NCBI GenBank assembly: GCA_047495785.1
Contig: JBLDXI010000001.1
Coordinates: 2,170,001 to 2,234,000 of the forward strand
Source: Lepidodermella squamata
Lineage: Eukaryota; Animalia; Gastrotricha
Direction of reading: 5' to 3'
DNA length: 64,000 nucleotides
Part shown: piece after piece, positions 36,543-49,179 of the stretch
Position numbering within the stretch: the stretch's first letter is position 1
Layout of the letters: every line of letters begins with the position of its first letter
Program-made: the position numbers and the translations under genes
The notes under the pieces: generated by a model
What the model was told of the DNA's origin: nothing
Databases searched by the model: none
What the model saw: only the letters and a program-made list of their open reading frames with translations

Positions 36543-36857
36543 TCAGGGGCTGCTAGATTGCTGCTGCCTTTTCTGCGACTTTTTCGATTTCGTCGCTAGA
36601 ACCTGAAAGATGATGATGATTACTAAAAATGACCCTGGAACCTTGACCATCTATACCTGATCGCGAGGGAAATCATCCTGGTCCATTTCATGCGGCTCGA
36701 GACCAGATTCACTGGACGTGGCCAAATCTTGAATGAAAGTAGCATGGGCGAGGCACAAGTTCATGAAAGCCGCAGAATGCTTAGGAACGGGCGATTTCAG
36801 AAGGCCGATAAGTGCCTTAGAAACACTCAAAATAAGCTCGACATTCTCCTGATCCAT
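36543..36857 (-). CDS. Type-A domain gene apparently without a zinc finger
   Basis: LIGLLKSPVPKHSAAFMNLCLAHATFIQDL. A predicted splice (intron ~36603-36656) leads to VLATKSKKSQKRQQQSSSP*. Confidence 0.55.
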
Positions 36858-36964
36858 TGCGAAAAAATCCTCCTTAAAAATTAGCTAAATTCTGAAAAAA
36901 TCAAACAAGTAAGGTAGATTTCGAAATGTATTCGATATAATTTTTCACGAACTGAGCTTCCTCA

Positions 36965-37451
36965 CTAAGTCCCGTGTACATCAATTTCGTGGCGCCTAAG
37001 ATTATCAGCTCGGTTGTAAGATGAAGAGCACAAACTGCACTTGAAATGTTTCGAATTCGCCATGTGCATAGTCGTTTGATGCCGCAGCAGGTTATATTTC
37101 GAGTGGCAACTTACAAGACATATCGGACAGGTATTCGGCTCCAAATTAGGCCCAGCAGCGAATGAATAAGGTTCTGCTACTGCCGGTATAACATTCGAAT
37201 TTCCGATCATTTTTTGAATTTCCAACACCCTGCCGAGAGACTTCAACATTTCATTCTTTACTAGTTGCGGCAGAACTTGGCCTATATCAAATAAAATAAT
37301 TTAAAACCGGTCGGAAATTTCGCAAAACCCACTTGAAATTTGCTGCCCGATTTTTAAACACAGCTCTTCCGCTTCGATTAGTAATGCACCTGTATCTTTC
37401 GAGCTATAACTTTCAAAATTGGCTGGAAATTGCCGAGTTACCGTGATTCAT
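36965..37451 (-). CDS. Type-B N-terminal domain + 2 C2H2 fingers, three exons
   Basis: MNH|GALLIEAEELCLKIGQQIS|..LPQLVKNEMLKSLGRVLEIQKMI..PNTCPIC. Confidence 0.7.
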
Positions 37452-37513
37452 TCAATCGACTAGACCGGTTAAGTGACGAAAAATCAATTATCCCTAAAAC
37501 CGATATCTTTCGA

Positions 37514-37977
37514 TTAATATTCATCTTTAATCGCCTTCAAGCTCCCATGAACGCCATGGACATTTCGCTCGTGACGCATCACAGAGTCTTTACGGGTGAA
37601 ACTTGCTGAACACGAGTTGCATTTATAATTTTTCGACCTAGCGGCGTGAACAGTCTCTTGATGCCGCCCCATCGTCGATTTGTCTTTGAAGGCTACCAAG
37701 CAAATCGGGCAAGTATTCGGCGCAAGGTTGGGCCCAGAATCGAATGAGTACGATGTGCTGGCTGATTTGTTCGAATTCGAAATTTTAAGATATACCAGGC
37801 ACAAATTGTCGATTTCTGAAATAACAGCAGCTTTCTCGGCAGGGGAAATAGTCTTGCAATCTAAGGACAATTATTTCGACGGATTTGTTCCTTCTAGACT
37901 GAATTACCTTCCAACTTCTGAATGACTCGCCGATAGACCTTGTCAGCCTCATTCAGCAATTGCTCCGAAGTCGACAT
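37514..37977 (-). CDS. Type-B-like N-terminal domain + 2 C2H2 fingers, two exons
   Basis: MSTSEQLLNEADKVYRRVIQKLE|DCKTISPAEKAAVISEIDNLC..PNTCPIC. Confidence 0.7.
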
Positions 37978-38030
37978 AATTTACGGAAACTAAGCTTGAA
38001 AAATTACAGCAAACATATTTTCCAAGAAAT

Positions 38031-38466
38031 TCAATTTTTTATCAAATTATCAGCCGGGTGTTTTTCGAATTTGTGAGCTTCGAATTCATCGAACCGCGAG
38101 AAAGAAGTGGCACAAGTCGAGCACTCAAATTGCATCGTAAGGTTGTCATTATGAAACTTTGCAGCATGCTGATGTAAGCCTGACTCGCTGCGGAATTTTC
38201 TCCCACAAATCGGACAAATCTGGAAATAAACACGTCTCGTCGCCGATTTAGTTTTTAGCATGGTTAATATTTCTGAAATTCTTTCAATGCAGGCTAGAGC
38301 TCTGATGGCAGATTCTGGTAGTTGGGCTGCATTCGCATCGTAACAGATAGCTGGAAAAATCCGACTGATTAAAAACTTCAAAGGACCGATTCATACCATA
38401 AATCTGGGCGCTGGTGAGCTTACAATGAAAGTAAGCTTCTTTTCTCAATTTGGCTGAAAATTGCAT
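38031..38466 (-). CDS. Type-B domain + 2 C2H2 fingers; start uncertain
   Basis: AKLRKEAYFHCKLTSAQIY|AICYDANAAQLPESAIRALACIERISEIL. Confidence 0.7.
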
Positions 38467-38588
38467 GTCAGAGCATTACTTAGTTGAATCCAACAAAAAT
38501 AAAATACAAACCAGATTCCATACAGAAGTATATCAGTGACTAGTTAACAAGATGCATCCTAAAAAATGGCGAAATTTGATCTTAAGAT

Positions 38589-39087
38589 TCATTCAGGCTT
38601 GGGCAATCCGTCATTTCCTGGTCTATCATGAGACAAAGCGTAGTGATCTTTCAGGTCATATTTTCTGGCGTAAGATCGTTGACAGATTGTGCAGATATAA
38701 CGGGGTCTAACAGAGTGGACTGCGAATTCATGCCGATGCAACATATTCTTGTTTGAGAAAGCTTTTCCACAAAGAGGGCAGATTGTTGCCGAGGCAGCTT
38801 CGCTTTCCGCAACTTTGGAAAAAGCCGTCATAATTTTCTTGATTTTTTCGATCGAGGCGATAGCCGACAGGCCGGATTCTGGGATATCCGATAAACGCAC
38901 ATCGATACAGATTGCTATTAAAAATAGAAGCCTGAACAGCAGCGAAAATAAGGAATAAATTGATACCATGAATTTGAGAATTGGCGACTTCGCAAAGAGC
39001 CCCAGCTTCTTTGATCAGCTTAGCTGAAATTCGAGAACATCTACCACAAATAATCTTCGATATCATATCACACCTACCTCTTCTCAT
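38589..39087 (-). CDS. Type-B domain + 2 C2H2 fingers, three exons
   Basis: MRR|AKLIKEAGALCEVANSQIH|AICIDVRLSDIPESGLSAIASIEKIKKIM. Confidence 0.75.
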
Positions 39088-39223
39088 TTATAAATGCAAA
39101 TTATGAAGATAAAAATGGTGGAGTCGGAAAATTCTAAGACAAGAAAAAATAAATTAAGGAATTTCGGCCGAAATAATTCGATTCCTGCTACCACATGATC
39201 AACTATTAAAAAAGCAGAATATC

Positions 39224-39465
39224 TTTTAGCGGAACCAAATCGGCACTTTGCGGGACCTAATTTTGGGTAATCGAAAGGTGGCTTTTTGAATATTTCTACG
39301 AAATTGAGGCAATGCATGAATTTTATAGGGAAAAATGCGTCTTTTACAGAATTTTACGCTGAACTTAATGATGATTTATTTCAAGTTGAGCTGATAAATC
39401 ATGATAAGTTTCAAAGCTCTAAAAATGAGGCCCATTAAAAATTCCAAAATTTGGTTCCGCTAAAA
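39224..39465. repeat. Degenerate inverted-repeat element, GCGGAACCAAAT family
   Basis: ttttagcggaaccaaat ... atttggttccgctaaaa. Confidence 0.5.
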
Positions 39466-39761
39466 ATAAGAAGACCCTTAAAAGTTAACCTTAAAAATCG
39501 TTTAACAAATTCTTCTAATTTACATTCTCTTTTCAAATCGATCGATTTTCGCACGGAATTACCATTTTGGTCTCATTTATTTCCAATGTCATGCGAATTA
39601 GGGACGATAAAATTGGAGTTTAGAAATTTAGACGGTACGAATCGTGCACGGAGAACGCAGATAATTTTTTATATCATAAAATATCTGATTTAACGTATTC
39701 AGTCATATACAACAATGTCGACCAAAACAACAGTTCTATCATCTGTTCATCAAGTGTCGAT

Positions 39762-40612
39762 TCAGTGTGCTTTCATATGCTTGCTCAGACTTTCCTTGCG
39801 GCTATAAACTTTGGGGCACAGTTTACATTCCCACTTGACATTTTCATGCTTTGCCAGCTCATGAGCTTTAGTGGTGGAACTCTAGGTGAAAGATTTGCCG
39901 CAAGTCAAGCACGGGAATCTCAAAGATTGATGCACTCGCTTGTCGTGTTGATTCAAGCTGACTCGATTTCCAAACTTTAACGGACATTTCATGCATTCGA
40001 CGTTTCTGCCATGAAGGACATTTACATGTCTCTTCCAGCCATCTAACGAGGTGTAGATTTTGGAGCAATATTCACACTGCTGCGAAATCGTGGGGCGATG
40101 ATTTTGGGACATGTGATAGTAAAGGTATCTTGAGCAACGTAATTTGATGTGACATACAGGGCATTCCTTTGAACCATCCTTGCCAACGTGAACTGATTCC
40201 ATATGAACCTTCAAAGCGCGCCTATCGAAGCATTCCAGACCGCACATGGCACATCGATGACCGTGAAAGCTGGAATTCTTTTCATGTGAAAACCGGCAGA
40301 TAAATTATAAGGAAAACATCTCAACTCACGGCAAAGCTTCTCATGGTAATGAAGTCTCCCTGGCGTCAAAAAAGTATTGGGACATAGGGCGCATTGGAAG
40401 ATGGGCGACTCGTTGTGACAATGCACGTGTTCTTGCAGATAGCTGACTGAACTCAACAGCTTAGCGCAAAATGGGCAGGTGCGGCTGTCAAGCGAGGCAT
40501 CCTCGTGTGAATATTTCTTCTTCCCTGAGACGCGAGAAATACGAAGCAAACGTATTTAACAATTTTCGAAAAAATTTCAATTACCAGGCCCCTTCGAGTC
40601 TTCCATGGCCAT
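39762..40612 (-). pseudogene. Multi-ZF gene (HRPTISQQCE family), probably disabled
   Basis: In-frame TAG at 39882-39884 where paralogs have TCG, and the intron-2 acceptor reads ttttcac instead of the ttttcag of paralogs (~40286). Confidence 0.7.
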
Positions 40613-40709
40613 TTTGCGAAAAAATTTCAGCTTCACTATATTATACTATAATGGGCAACTAGAAGAGTAATTAAAATCTACGCGAAATACTACCGTCATT
40701 TGGGTCATT

Positions 40710-41095
40710 GGGGCTATTCGGACGAATGTTCATGCAAACAGGAGAATGAGCATGGCTCAAAAACTACCCGGGCGTTGGCAATGAAATTTTGCACAGAGTT
40801 AGGTGAAAAGACGCCTACCCTAAAACACGCATACCCTACACACATACCCTAAAAATTTCATGGCCTGAGAGTAAGTGGTTGTGAAGATATGAGCTTACCT
40901 TTCAGGTGTTTCAGGTGTTTCAGTTTAACTCAGTTTAAGCACTGTTCTTCGTTGAATTACCTGGACCCGAAGAGAATTTTGCTAGACCTGCGCCCAATTT
41001 TTTCTGAATCTACATACGCTCGGGCACCCATGAAAATTGAAAACGTCCCGACCCGACTCATACTTTTTTCTAATTAATTGCGTCCGAATAGCCCC
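40710..41095. mobile_element. MITE with 15-bp TIR GGGGCTATTCGGACG
   Basis: ggggctattcggacg ... cgtccgaatagcccc; no clear TSD. Confidence 0.7.
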
Positions 41096-41113
41096 ATCAA
41101 CAAGTGAACTTGA

Positions 41114-41516
41114 GGGGCTATTCGGTCTGCCCTTTGAATATGCCAATGAACTACGCTGTTCAAACGTTCCTTGCTGATTAAAGCGGACTTCAATTTCATT
41201 TACATTTCAATTTTTGAAAAAGCTGGAAATGCTGGAAAAGACTAATTTACTGCGGTGTCACACGACATTGCCAATTGATTAAATACGACTATAATTGACA
41301 AATAATTCAACTAAAAATCAGTGCGATATATTGCTTAAATCCTTGTGCATAAAAATAATTCGAAAATTTTGCGGAAAAATTGTTCCGCGGCGTGGACTCG
41401 AACCCTCGTTTCGTACTTAGTTATGCTCTCTAGAAGCACATCCAAAGCCACTCGACCACTGAACACAACATATCAGTAATTTTTGAATTGAATATTTATG
41501 TATCATTAATAGCCCC
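41114..41516. mobile_element. Second GGGGCTATT...AATAGCCCC element, carrying a tRNA-like sequence
   Basis: Nine-bp terminal inverted match shared with 40710-41095, but an unrelated interior. Confidence 0.5.
41381..41466 (-). pseudogene. tRNA-like sequence (Leu/Ser type II), pseudo-tRNA or SINE head
   Basis: Minus strand has box A tggtcgagtgg, a gtgct-tctagag-agcat arm, a long variable region, box B ggttcgagtcc and a T5 run downstream. The acceptor stem pairs poorly. Confidence 0.6.
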
Positions 41517-41765
41517 ATCAGGATTCCAAAATTATGACCATCTGTGGTAATCCTGGTTCCATTGGAATCAGGACCTTATGAAACGTGTAAAAATGCAAAA
41601 AAAATCAGGAGGTAATTTTTTTCGCCGTCTGGATAGCCCCAACTGACGGTGCCAAAAAGGCTCTATTTGTAAATTTACTAATAATATCTCGCACGCAATC
41701 GGCTTAAAATCAGCGTATTCACTATTCACTATGCCCGACCTTTGCTGTGGCAAGAAAAGTGCAAG

Positions 41766-42082
41766 CAGAGTTGTCCTCGGGTCTGAAATTTTGGACCCGA
41801 TCCGAACCGGACTTCGGAATCCAAAACCCGGATCCGATCCGATCCGATCCGAGGTCAAACCAGGCGCTTTTTCTGGGGGTTTTCCTGGTCGGATAAGTTA
41901 CTTATTCAGGAAATTTTCACCGAAACCTCGCGGAAATAGGGTTGTCTTCAATTTTCCTGGTGATAAGTGACATTTAAGACATAGAATTTTACGGTAATGT
42001 GAGTTTTCAGCTGTGCCTTGCTTACACGTACTCAATGTCGGGTCGACGGGGAAGACCCGGATCCGACCCGGGGACAACTCTG
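41766..42082. mobile_element. hAT-type MITE
   Basis: TIRs cagagttgtcctcgggtc and gacccggggacaactctg. Eight-bp TSD agtgcaag at 41758-41765 and 42083-42090. Subterminal (gatcc)n repeats. Confidence 0.9.
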
Positions 42083-42368
42083 AGTGCAAGACAAGTACAA
42101 CGCTAACGTTGAGGTTGACGGCTTATGATAGGCTCCTCATCTCCAAAAATGCGATCCTAGTTCTCATTGACGTGAGAATTCCAGACCAGGGTCCGGAATA
42201 TTATTATAGAGTGAAATTCAGTATTAATTGGAGGCATTGACAAAATCGTGCACGAGGAGAAGAGTGAGGCTTCAACATAATTTGTTTTATCAGATAATAT
42301 TATATACTCAGCCATATAACAATTCCGACCGGGAAAACAAGGCTATCATCAGTTCAACAAGTATCGAT

Positions 42369-43228
42369 TCAGTGTGCTTTCATAATATGCTTGCTCAGAC
42401 TTCCATTGTGGTTATAAACTTTAGGGCACAGTGTACATTTCCATTTGACATTTTCGTGATTGACCAGCTCGTGAACTTTAGCTGCATAACTCGAGGAGAA
42501 CGATTTTTCGCAATTCAAGCACGGAAATCTCAAAGATTGATGCACTAGCCTGTCGTGGTGGTTCAAATTGGATCGATTTCGGTAAGTTGCAGAACATTTC
42601 ACGCATTCGAGGCCCTGCCCATGCACGGCTATGGCATGACTCTTCAAGCTGATCAACGAGATGAATATTTTATAGCAATTTTCACATTGCTGCGAAATCG
42701 TGGGGCGGTGACATCGCGTCATGTGATAGATAAGGTATCTTGAGCAACTCATTTTCTTGTGGCAGACAGGGCAGTCTCTCGAATCGTCCTTGCCGGCGTG
42801 AACTGACTTGAGATGCACAGCCAAAGTGTGCTTATCGACGAATTCCAGAACGCACATGGAACAGAAATATTCAGATTGATAACCTTGAATCCTGAAAGCC
42901 TTTATACCTGAAAATAGGCAGATAAATCATACGGCAAAAGATCTCAACTCACGGCAACGCTTCTCGTGGCAATCAAGTCTTCTTTGCGTGACAAAGGTTT
43001 TGGGACATAGGGCGCATTTGAAGCTGGTCGATTCGTCGTGCATATGTGCGTGTTCTCGCAGATAGTGGAATGAACTCAACACCTTAGCGCAAATTGGGCA
43101 CGTGCGGCTGTCCTGGTGTGATTTCTTCTTCTTCTCTAGGGCTCAAAAAACAAGAAGCATACGTGTATGAAAGTTCCGAATAGTTTCCAATTACCAGGTT
43201 TCCTCGATTTAGAGCCTTCCACGGCCAT
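42369..43228 (-). CDS. Multi-C2H2 ZF protein (HRPTISQQCE family, about 8 fingers, three exons)
   Basis: MAVEGSKSRKP first exon, DSRTCPIC exon and a six-finger terminal exon. Confidence 0.8.
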
Positions 43229-43765
43229 GTTGAGATACACGTTCAGCTTCGTCACTATATTTTACTATAAAGGGCGACTAAAGGAGTAATTAAAATCTAT
43301 AGAAGCTACGCGAAATACCACCAAAAGACTCGTTGTAATTTATTACGATTACGATTACGATTCCGACAGAGGTATTATCAATTTATTAATAATCAGCGTA
43401 AATTCACTATGAACGACCTTTGTTGTAGCCAGACAGAAGTATAACACTAAACACTGACGTTGAGCTGGACGGCTTATTATTAGGTACCAAGCTTGCACAT
43501 CCGTTAGACCTGTCCCTTCTATCATCTCCGATAATGCGATATTAGTTCTCATCTACATGAGAATTCCAGACCCGGGTCTGGAATTTTATCGCAGGGTGTA
43601 ATTCAGTATTAATTGGATGCGGTGTCCAAATCGCGCACTGAGATAACACAGTGAGGCTTCAACATGATTTGTAATATCAGGTAATATCTATCCCGCCAGT
43701 TAACGATGTCGACCGAGAAAACAAGGCTAACATCAGTTCAACAATTTTCGATTCAGGGAGCTTGC

Positions 43766-44490
43766 TCATGCTTTCACGTGTGATTTCACGTGCTTGCGCA
43801 GACGTTCGGGGCAGTTATAAAATTCAGGGCACAATTTACATTTCCACTTGACATTGTCGTGCATCGCTAGCTCATGGACTTTAGCTTTGTGACTCGAGAA
43901 GAACGATTTGTCGCAATTCAAGCACGAAAAGCTCACTGATTAATGCACTCGCCTGTCGTGGTGTTTCAAGGAGGATCGATCTCGAAAAGTTGCAGAACAT
44001 TTCGCGCATCTGTGTTCTCGTTCATGCACGATTCTCATGTGTCTCTTCCAGCTTTCCAACGAGGTGAAAACTTTACAACAATATTCACATTGCTGCGAAA
44101 CAATGGGACGATGATTTATGGACAAGTGAAGGGTAAGGTATCTTGAGCAACGAAGTGTTAGGTGACATACAGGGCATTCTTTTAAATCTTCCTTGCCGGC
44201 GTGAACTGATTAGGTGAACTGATAAGGGACACAAACATTCAGATCGATACCCGTGAATCCAGAAAGCCTTTATACCTAAAAACGGGTAGATGAAACATAG
44301 GCCAAAGTATCTCAACTTACGACAACGCCTCTAATGGTCTTCAAATCTCCTTTTTGTAGGAAGTGTCTTCGGACATAAATCGCATTTGAAGCTAGGCGAT
44401 TATTCGTCTTGCATATGTCGAAGATAGATGCAGAAATGTATGCCTTGGCACAAATTGGACAAACGTGGATATCAAGCGCGAGAACCTGAA
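43766..44490 (-). pseudogene. Multi-ZF pseudogene
   Basis: Homologous to neighbours, with a premature TAA at ~43940, a deletion near 44220 and a degenerate 5' part. Confidence 0.7.
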
Positions 44491-44835
44491 TTATTCGTTG
44501 CTAATACCAAGAAATCATCTTGATATTTGAAGCATCTTCTTTAGATACCAGCATTATTCAAGACAATGGCAGCCAGTTGAAAGATGAACTACGAATTTAG
44601 AAACCAATTATCCACTCTAAATACAAATTTCGTTTAAAATTTAAAATAACTCCAATTTGTCGATGAGTCAGTGAAATGGAAAAGGCAAATAACAGAAAAA
44701 GCAACGAGCACACAAGTATTTTCACCGCAGTTCACGTTGTTTCTTCATGAAAAACTATGGGCCGTAGATTAGACTGCGTAGACTGGGAGGTTGAAAATGC
44801 ACAATTAATATCGAGTTTCTGTACATTTTGACCTA

Positions 44836-45294
44836 CCGTAAATACCGAATTACTAGGCATCACCTAAATTTAAGGCAGGACCGGAATTGAGGGCACAGGT
44901 CCGAGGTCAATTGAAATAATATAAGGCAGAACCGAAATATAAGGCACGTGCCTCTTATTCCGGCTTGAGTGAGCGTCAGCTGTGCAAATGGAAGAAGCTT
45001 AATCTCGCGCACTTGATAGAGCGTAAGTAGTACTTAATCCACCTGTGAGGAATTTAATCCCTTGTTTACACACAGTCGCTAGCAGCAAAGGAGGTAAAGA
45101 ACGCAGGCGCCTCCCAGGTGCGGGTCGATGAGGTTGAAATTATAACTGGTGATGATGATGAATGAATTTCTCGTGCTCGGTAAAAATAAATATAAGGCAG
45201 ACCCGAAATAAAAGGCAGACCCGTTTTACAAGGCAGGACTTTTGGGGCATTTGAAATTATTATAAGGCACTCTCTTATAATTCGGTATTTACGG
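44836..45294. mobile_element. Tc2/pogo-like MITE with TA TSD
   Basis: TA-ccgtaaataccgaatta ... taattcggtatttacgg-TA, with many internal taaggca motifs. Confidence 0.85.
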
Positions 45295-45575
45295 TATTCC
45301 CTTCACTCCAGCTTTAAAATTGAGAACATTGAAAATGGTGAATGGCTGCTTTAATTATTTTGATTTTCTGCGTGCCTTTCATTGCGAAGTGTGATCTTCA
45401 TGACACAATTGAACGAGGCAATTGATTGCCATGTTTTTTCAAATGTTGCCACAAACCTGATAACTAGTGAACATTCCCGGACACAATCTACATTCCCAAC
45501 GGAAATTTTCTGACAGATGTAAGTCTATCATTAGTTCTATCAGACAGTTCTATCATTAGTTCAACAAGGTTCGAT

Positions 45576-46440
45576 TCAGTGTGCTTTCAAATGCTTGCTC
45601 AGACTCTCGGAGAAGTTATAAACTCTGGGGCACAACGTGCATTTCCACTTGACATTGTCATGCTTCGCCAGCTCGTGCTTCCTAGCGTATTGGCTGGAGG
45701 AAAATGACTTGTTGCATGTCAAACACGCATGTCTCACATTTTTATGCACGTGACTGTCGTGGGCATTCAAGCTCCTTCGACTTCGGAAAGTCAAAGAGCA
45801 TTTCAAGCATTCGTTGTCTCCGCGATGGAAGTCTCTTACATGACATTTCCAGCTTAACAATGAAGTGAAGAGTTTAGAGCAATACTCACACTGCTGCGAA
45901 ATCGTGGGGCGATGACATTGAGACAAGTGAAGAGTAAGGTATCTTGAACAACGTAGTTTGATGCTGCAAACAGGGCATTCTTTTGTATCTTCCTTGCCAG
46001 CGTGAACTGATTTCAGGTGTCTGGTCCAACCGCTCTTGGTGAAACACTCCAGTGAGCACATGGGGCACAAGTATTCAGTTCGGTAACCGTGAATCTTCAA
46101 AGCACTTTGACCTGGCAATAGGCAGATAAATCAAGCTGCAAAACATCACAGGTAACTCACAGATCCTCTCATGGCTACGAAGTCTCCATGACGTATAAAA
46201 TGTTTTGGGACATTGGGCACATTTGAAGCTGGGCGATTCGCCGTGCAAATATACGTGTTCTCGCAGAAAGTAGATTGAATTCAACACCTTATAGCAAAAT
46301 GGGCACGTGCGGCTGTCAAGCGAGGCATCCTCGTGTGAATATTTCTTCTTTCCTGAGACGCAAAAAATACGAAGCAAACGTATTTAACAAGTTTCGAACA
46401 ATTTTCAATTACCAGGCTTCTTCGAGTCTTGCGCGGCCAT
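45576..46440 (-). CDS. Multi-C2H2 ZF protein (HRPTISQQCE family)
   Basis: Same three-exon layout as 42369-43228. Confidence 0.8.
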
Positions 46441-46490
46441 TTTGAGATACACGTTCAGCTTCACTATATATTACTCTACAATGTGCAACT

Positions 46491-47022
46491 CGTTAGCGTT
46501 TCGGTATAACTCTCCATTTGACGGTAACTCCGCCTCGCCATTGTTCCCTAGTTGCGGTAAACAATTTACCGTAAACGGCACTACCTCGACGCTGAAGCAT
46601 GCAAATACTCGCGCGCGGTAAAATTAATTTTTCTGCGGTAAGTCGCGTCTTGGCTCGCGTACTTACAATAGGGCTTGTTACGCAACCGCCGCAGAGCCTG
46701 AGTATAACAGATAAATTGCCTGTTCGTTTAAGGTGTTACAAAATGACGCGTTACCATGGTGTGTGCGCGGGATTCCTCCATGGCTCATATTCAGCATGCT
46801 TCTTGCGCTCGCTGTGTCAGCCTTACAGTAAGTGGAAAGACAAAGGCTTACGTTATATAGTAACTGCCGCAAGTGCTATCCACGGTAAAACTAACGCCGC
46901 GTGCGGTAAAAATTTACAAACGCGGCGGCGTTAGTTTACCGCAAAAGCATTAAGGTGACCTTGTTTGCGGGCCGCGGTAAAATAATTACCGTCAAATGGA
47001 GAGTTATACCGAAACGCTAGCG
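46491..47022. mobile_element. MITE with ~37-bp TIRs and 4-bp TSD AACT (Sola-like by TSD length)
   Basis: cgttagcgtttcggtataactctccatttgacggtaa ... ttaccgtcaaatggagagttataccgaaacgctagcg, with aact on both sides. The paralogous empty site gcaactagaagag is at ~40655-40667. Confidence 0.9.
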
Positions 47023-47251
47023 AACTAGAAGAGTAATTAAAATCGATAGAAGCTCGGCACATGTACAGGGTCCGGAATTTTATCCGGGCGGAAAGGAATT
47101 CAGTATTACTTGGAGGCAGAGACCAAATCGTGCACGGAAAGAACACAGTGAGGTTTCAACATAATTTGTTTTATCAGGTAATGTCTGTTCAGCCAAATAT
47201 AACAATGTCGACCGAGAAAACAAGGTTATCATTAGTTCAACAAGTTTCGAT

Positions 47252-48124
47252 TCAGTGTGCTTTCATATGCTTGCGCAGACTTCCATGGTAGTTATAAACT
47301 TTAGGGCACAATTTACATCTCCACTTGACATTTTCGTGATTCGCCAGCTCGTGAACTTTAGCCGCACAACTCGAGGAGAACGATTTTTCGCAAATCAAGC
47401 ACGGAATTCTCACAGGTTGGTGCACTACCCTGTCGTGTCGGTTCAAGCTGATTAGATTTCGAAATTTTAACGAACATTTCACGCATTCGTGGTCCTGCCC
47501 ATGCACGGCTATAGCATGCCTCTTCAAGGTAATCAACGAGGTGAAGATTTTATTAGAGCAATTTTCACACTGCTGCGAAATCGTGGGGCGATGATATTTG
47601 GACATGTGATAGCTAAGGTATCTTGCGCAACGAAATTTCATGTGGCATACAGGGCATTCTCTCAGATCTTCCTTGCCGGCGTGAACTGATTTCAAATGCC
47701 GAGTCCAAGCGCTCTTATCGAAGCATCCCAGACCGCACATGGGACACAAATATTCAGATTGATACCCTTGAATCCTGAGAGCCTTTATACCTGAAAACAG
47801 GCAGATAAATCATACCGCAAAATATCTCAACTTACGACAACGCTTCTCGTGGTATGCAAGTCTCCATTTCGTGAGAAGTGTCTTCGGACATGAATCGCAT
47901 TCGAAGCTGGGGGATTCATCGTGCAAATGTGCATGTTGTTGCAGCATTTTGACCGTATCAAACACCTTGACGCAAAGTGTGCACGTGCGGCTGTCAAGCG
48001 AGGCATCCTTGTGGGAATTTTCCTTCTTCCCTGAGACTCGAAAAAAGCGAAGCAAACGTATTTTGAAAGTAACGAATAATTTTCAATTACCAGGCTTCAC
48101 TAACTTTGAGCCTTCCGCGGCCAT
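47252..48124 (-). CDS. Multi-C2H2 ZF protein (HRPTISQQCE family)
   Basis: Same three-exon layout as its paralogs; reading frames intact. Confidence 0.8.
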
Positions 48125-48708
48125 TTGAAGATAGAAGTTTAGCTTCCCCCTATTATATTATAAAATGCGTCTAAAAGAATAATTAAAATTGATAGAATAT
48201 TCGACACTCAGCCAAAAAAGAATTATCTTTTCACTTTATCTACTCGTAATCAAAGTTAAACGTCCGTTTTCACTATGCCAAAATTTTGTTGAAACCCGAC
48301 AACTACACCACTAATTAACGTTGAGATAGACGGTTTAGTATAGGTTCCTAGCCTCGCTGTGTTTACGTGCCTGTCTGCTTTCGATAAATCATCCATCACC
48401 CCGCCCACTTGTGTGCACAGCGCACTGCCGCCGGCAAACGCATATAATCTCGCGACCCCGCGTCATTGATATCTTTACTTATTTCGTCTCCCCTGTTTAT
48501 GTGATATCAATGAACAATAAATATTTGAATTTAGAATTTAGAATTTAACTTCAATTTCACCCCAGAAATTCATCCGGCGACGGAAGAGACATTTCTGAAG
48601 TTAACGAAGTTCGGTCGCGATTTGAACTATCGATTTACGGTCACCCCTTTGAAAGGTCACAGAAAAATACCCAGTAGAGCGTTATTACCATATTGATGAA
48701 TTGTTTTA

Positions 48709-49179
48709 TTATGGCTTGAGCGTTTCTTGACACGCATGGATCGAAGCATAGTGACAGTTTAACTGATGTTTTGTCGTAAATGACTGAAGACAGAGATCGC
48801 AAACAACACGGGGCCTTTCAGGATTGTGAATCGTACTTTTGTGATGCCGCAAATATTTCATGTGTTTGAAAGTTTTTCCACACTCGGGGCAATCAGCTTT
48901 AGGGGACTTGAAGGTCGATATTATTTCACTGATTCTAGCAATTGAAGCTAGAGCTGAGACAGCCGATTCGGGAATGTCCAATAGACTCACATCTCTACAC
49001 GTTGCTAGAATAAAAATAAAATTCGAACCAATTTTACAATAAAATAATAATTCAAGAAGTACCATGAATATGCGCGCCCGCTGCCTTGGTAAGACTTTCA
49101 GCTTCTTTGATAAGTCTGGCTGAAATAACCGAATTTATTTAGGGCCATTTCACGCATTTCAATTACTTCTCTCATTCAT
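48709..49179 (-). CDS. Type-B domain + 2 C2H2 fingers
   Basis: MNER|TRLIKEAESLTKAAGAHIH|ATCRDVSLLDIPESAVSALASIARISEII. Confidence 0.75.

Noticed and set aside
39882-39884. Stop-codon readthrough or recoding at the in-frame TAG
   Set aside because: Paralogs have TCG and the same copy has a broken splice acceptor, so decay is the simpler explanation.
41381-41466. Functional tRNA gene
   Set aside because: Acceptor stem is poorly paired and the anticodon loop is non-canonical.
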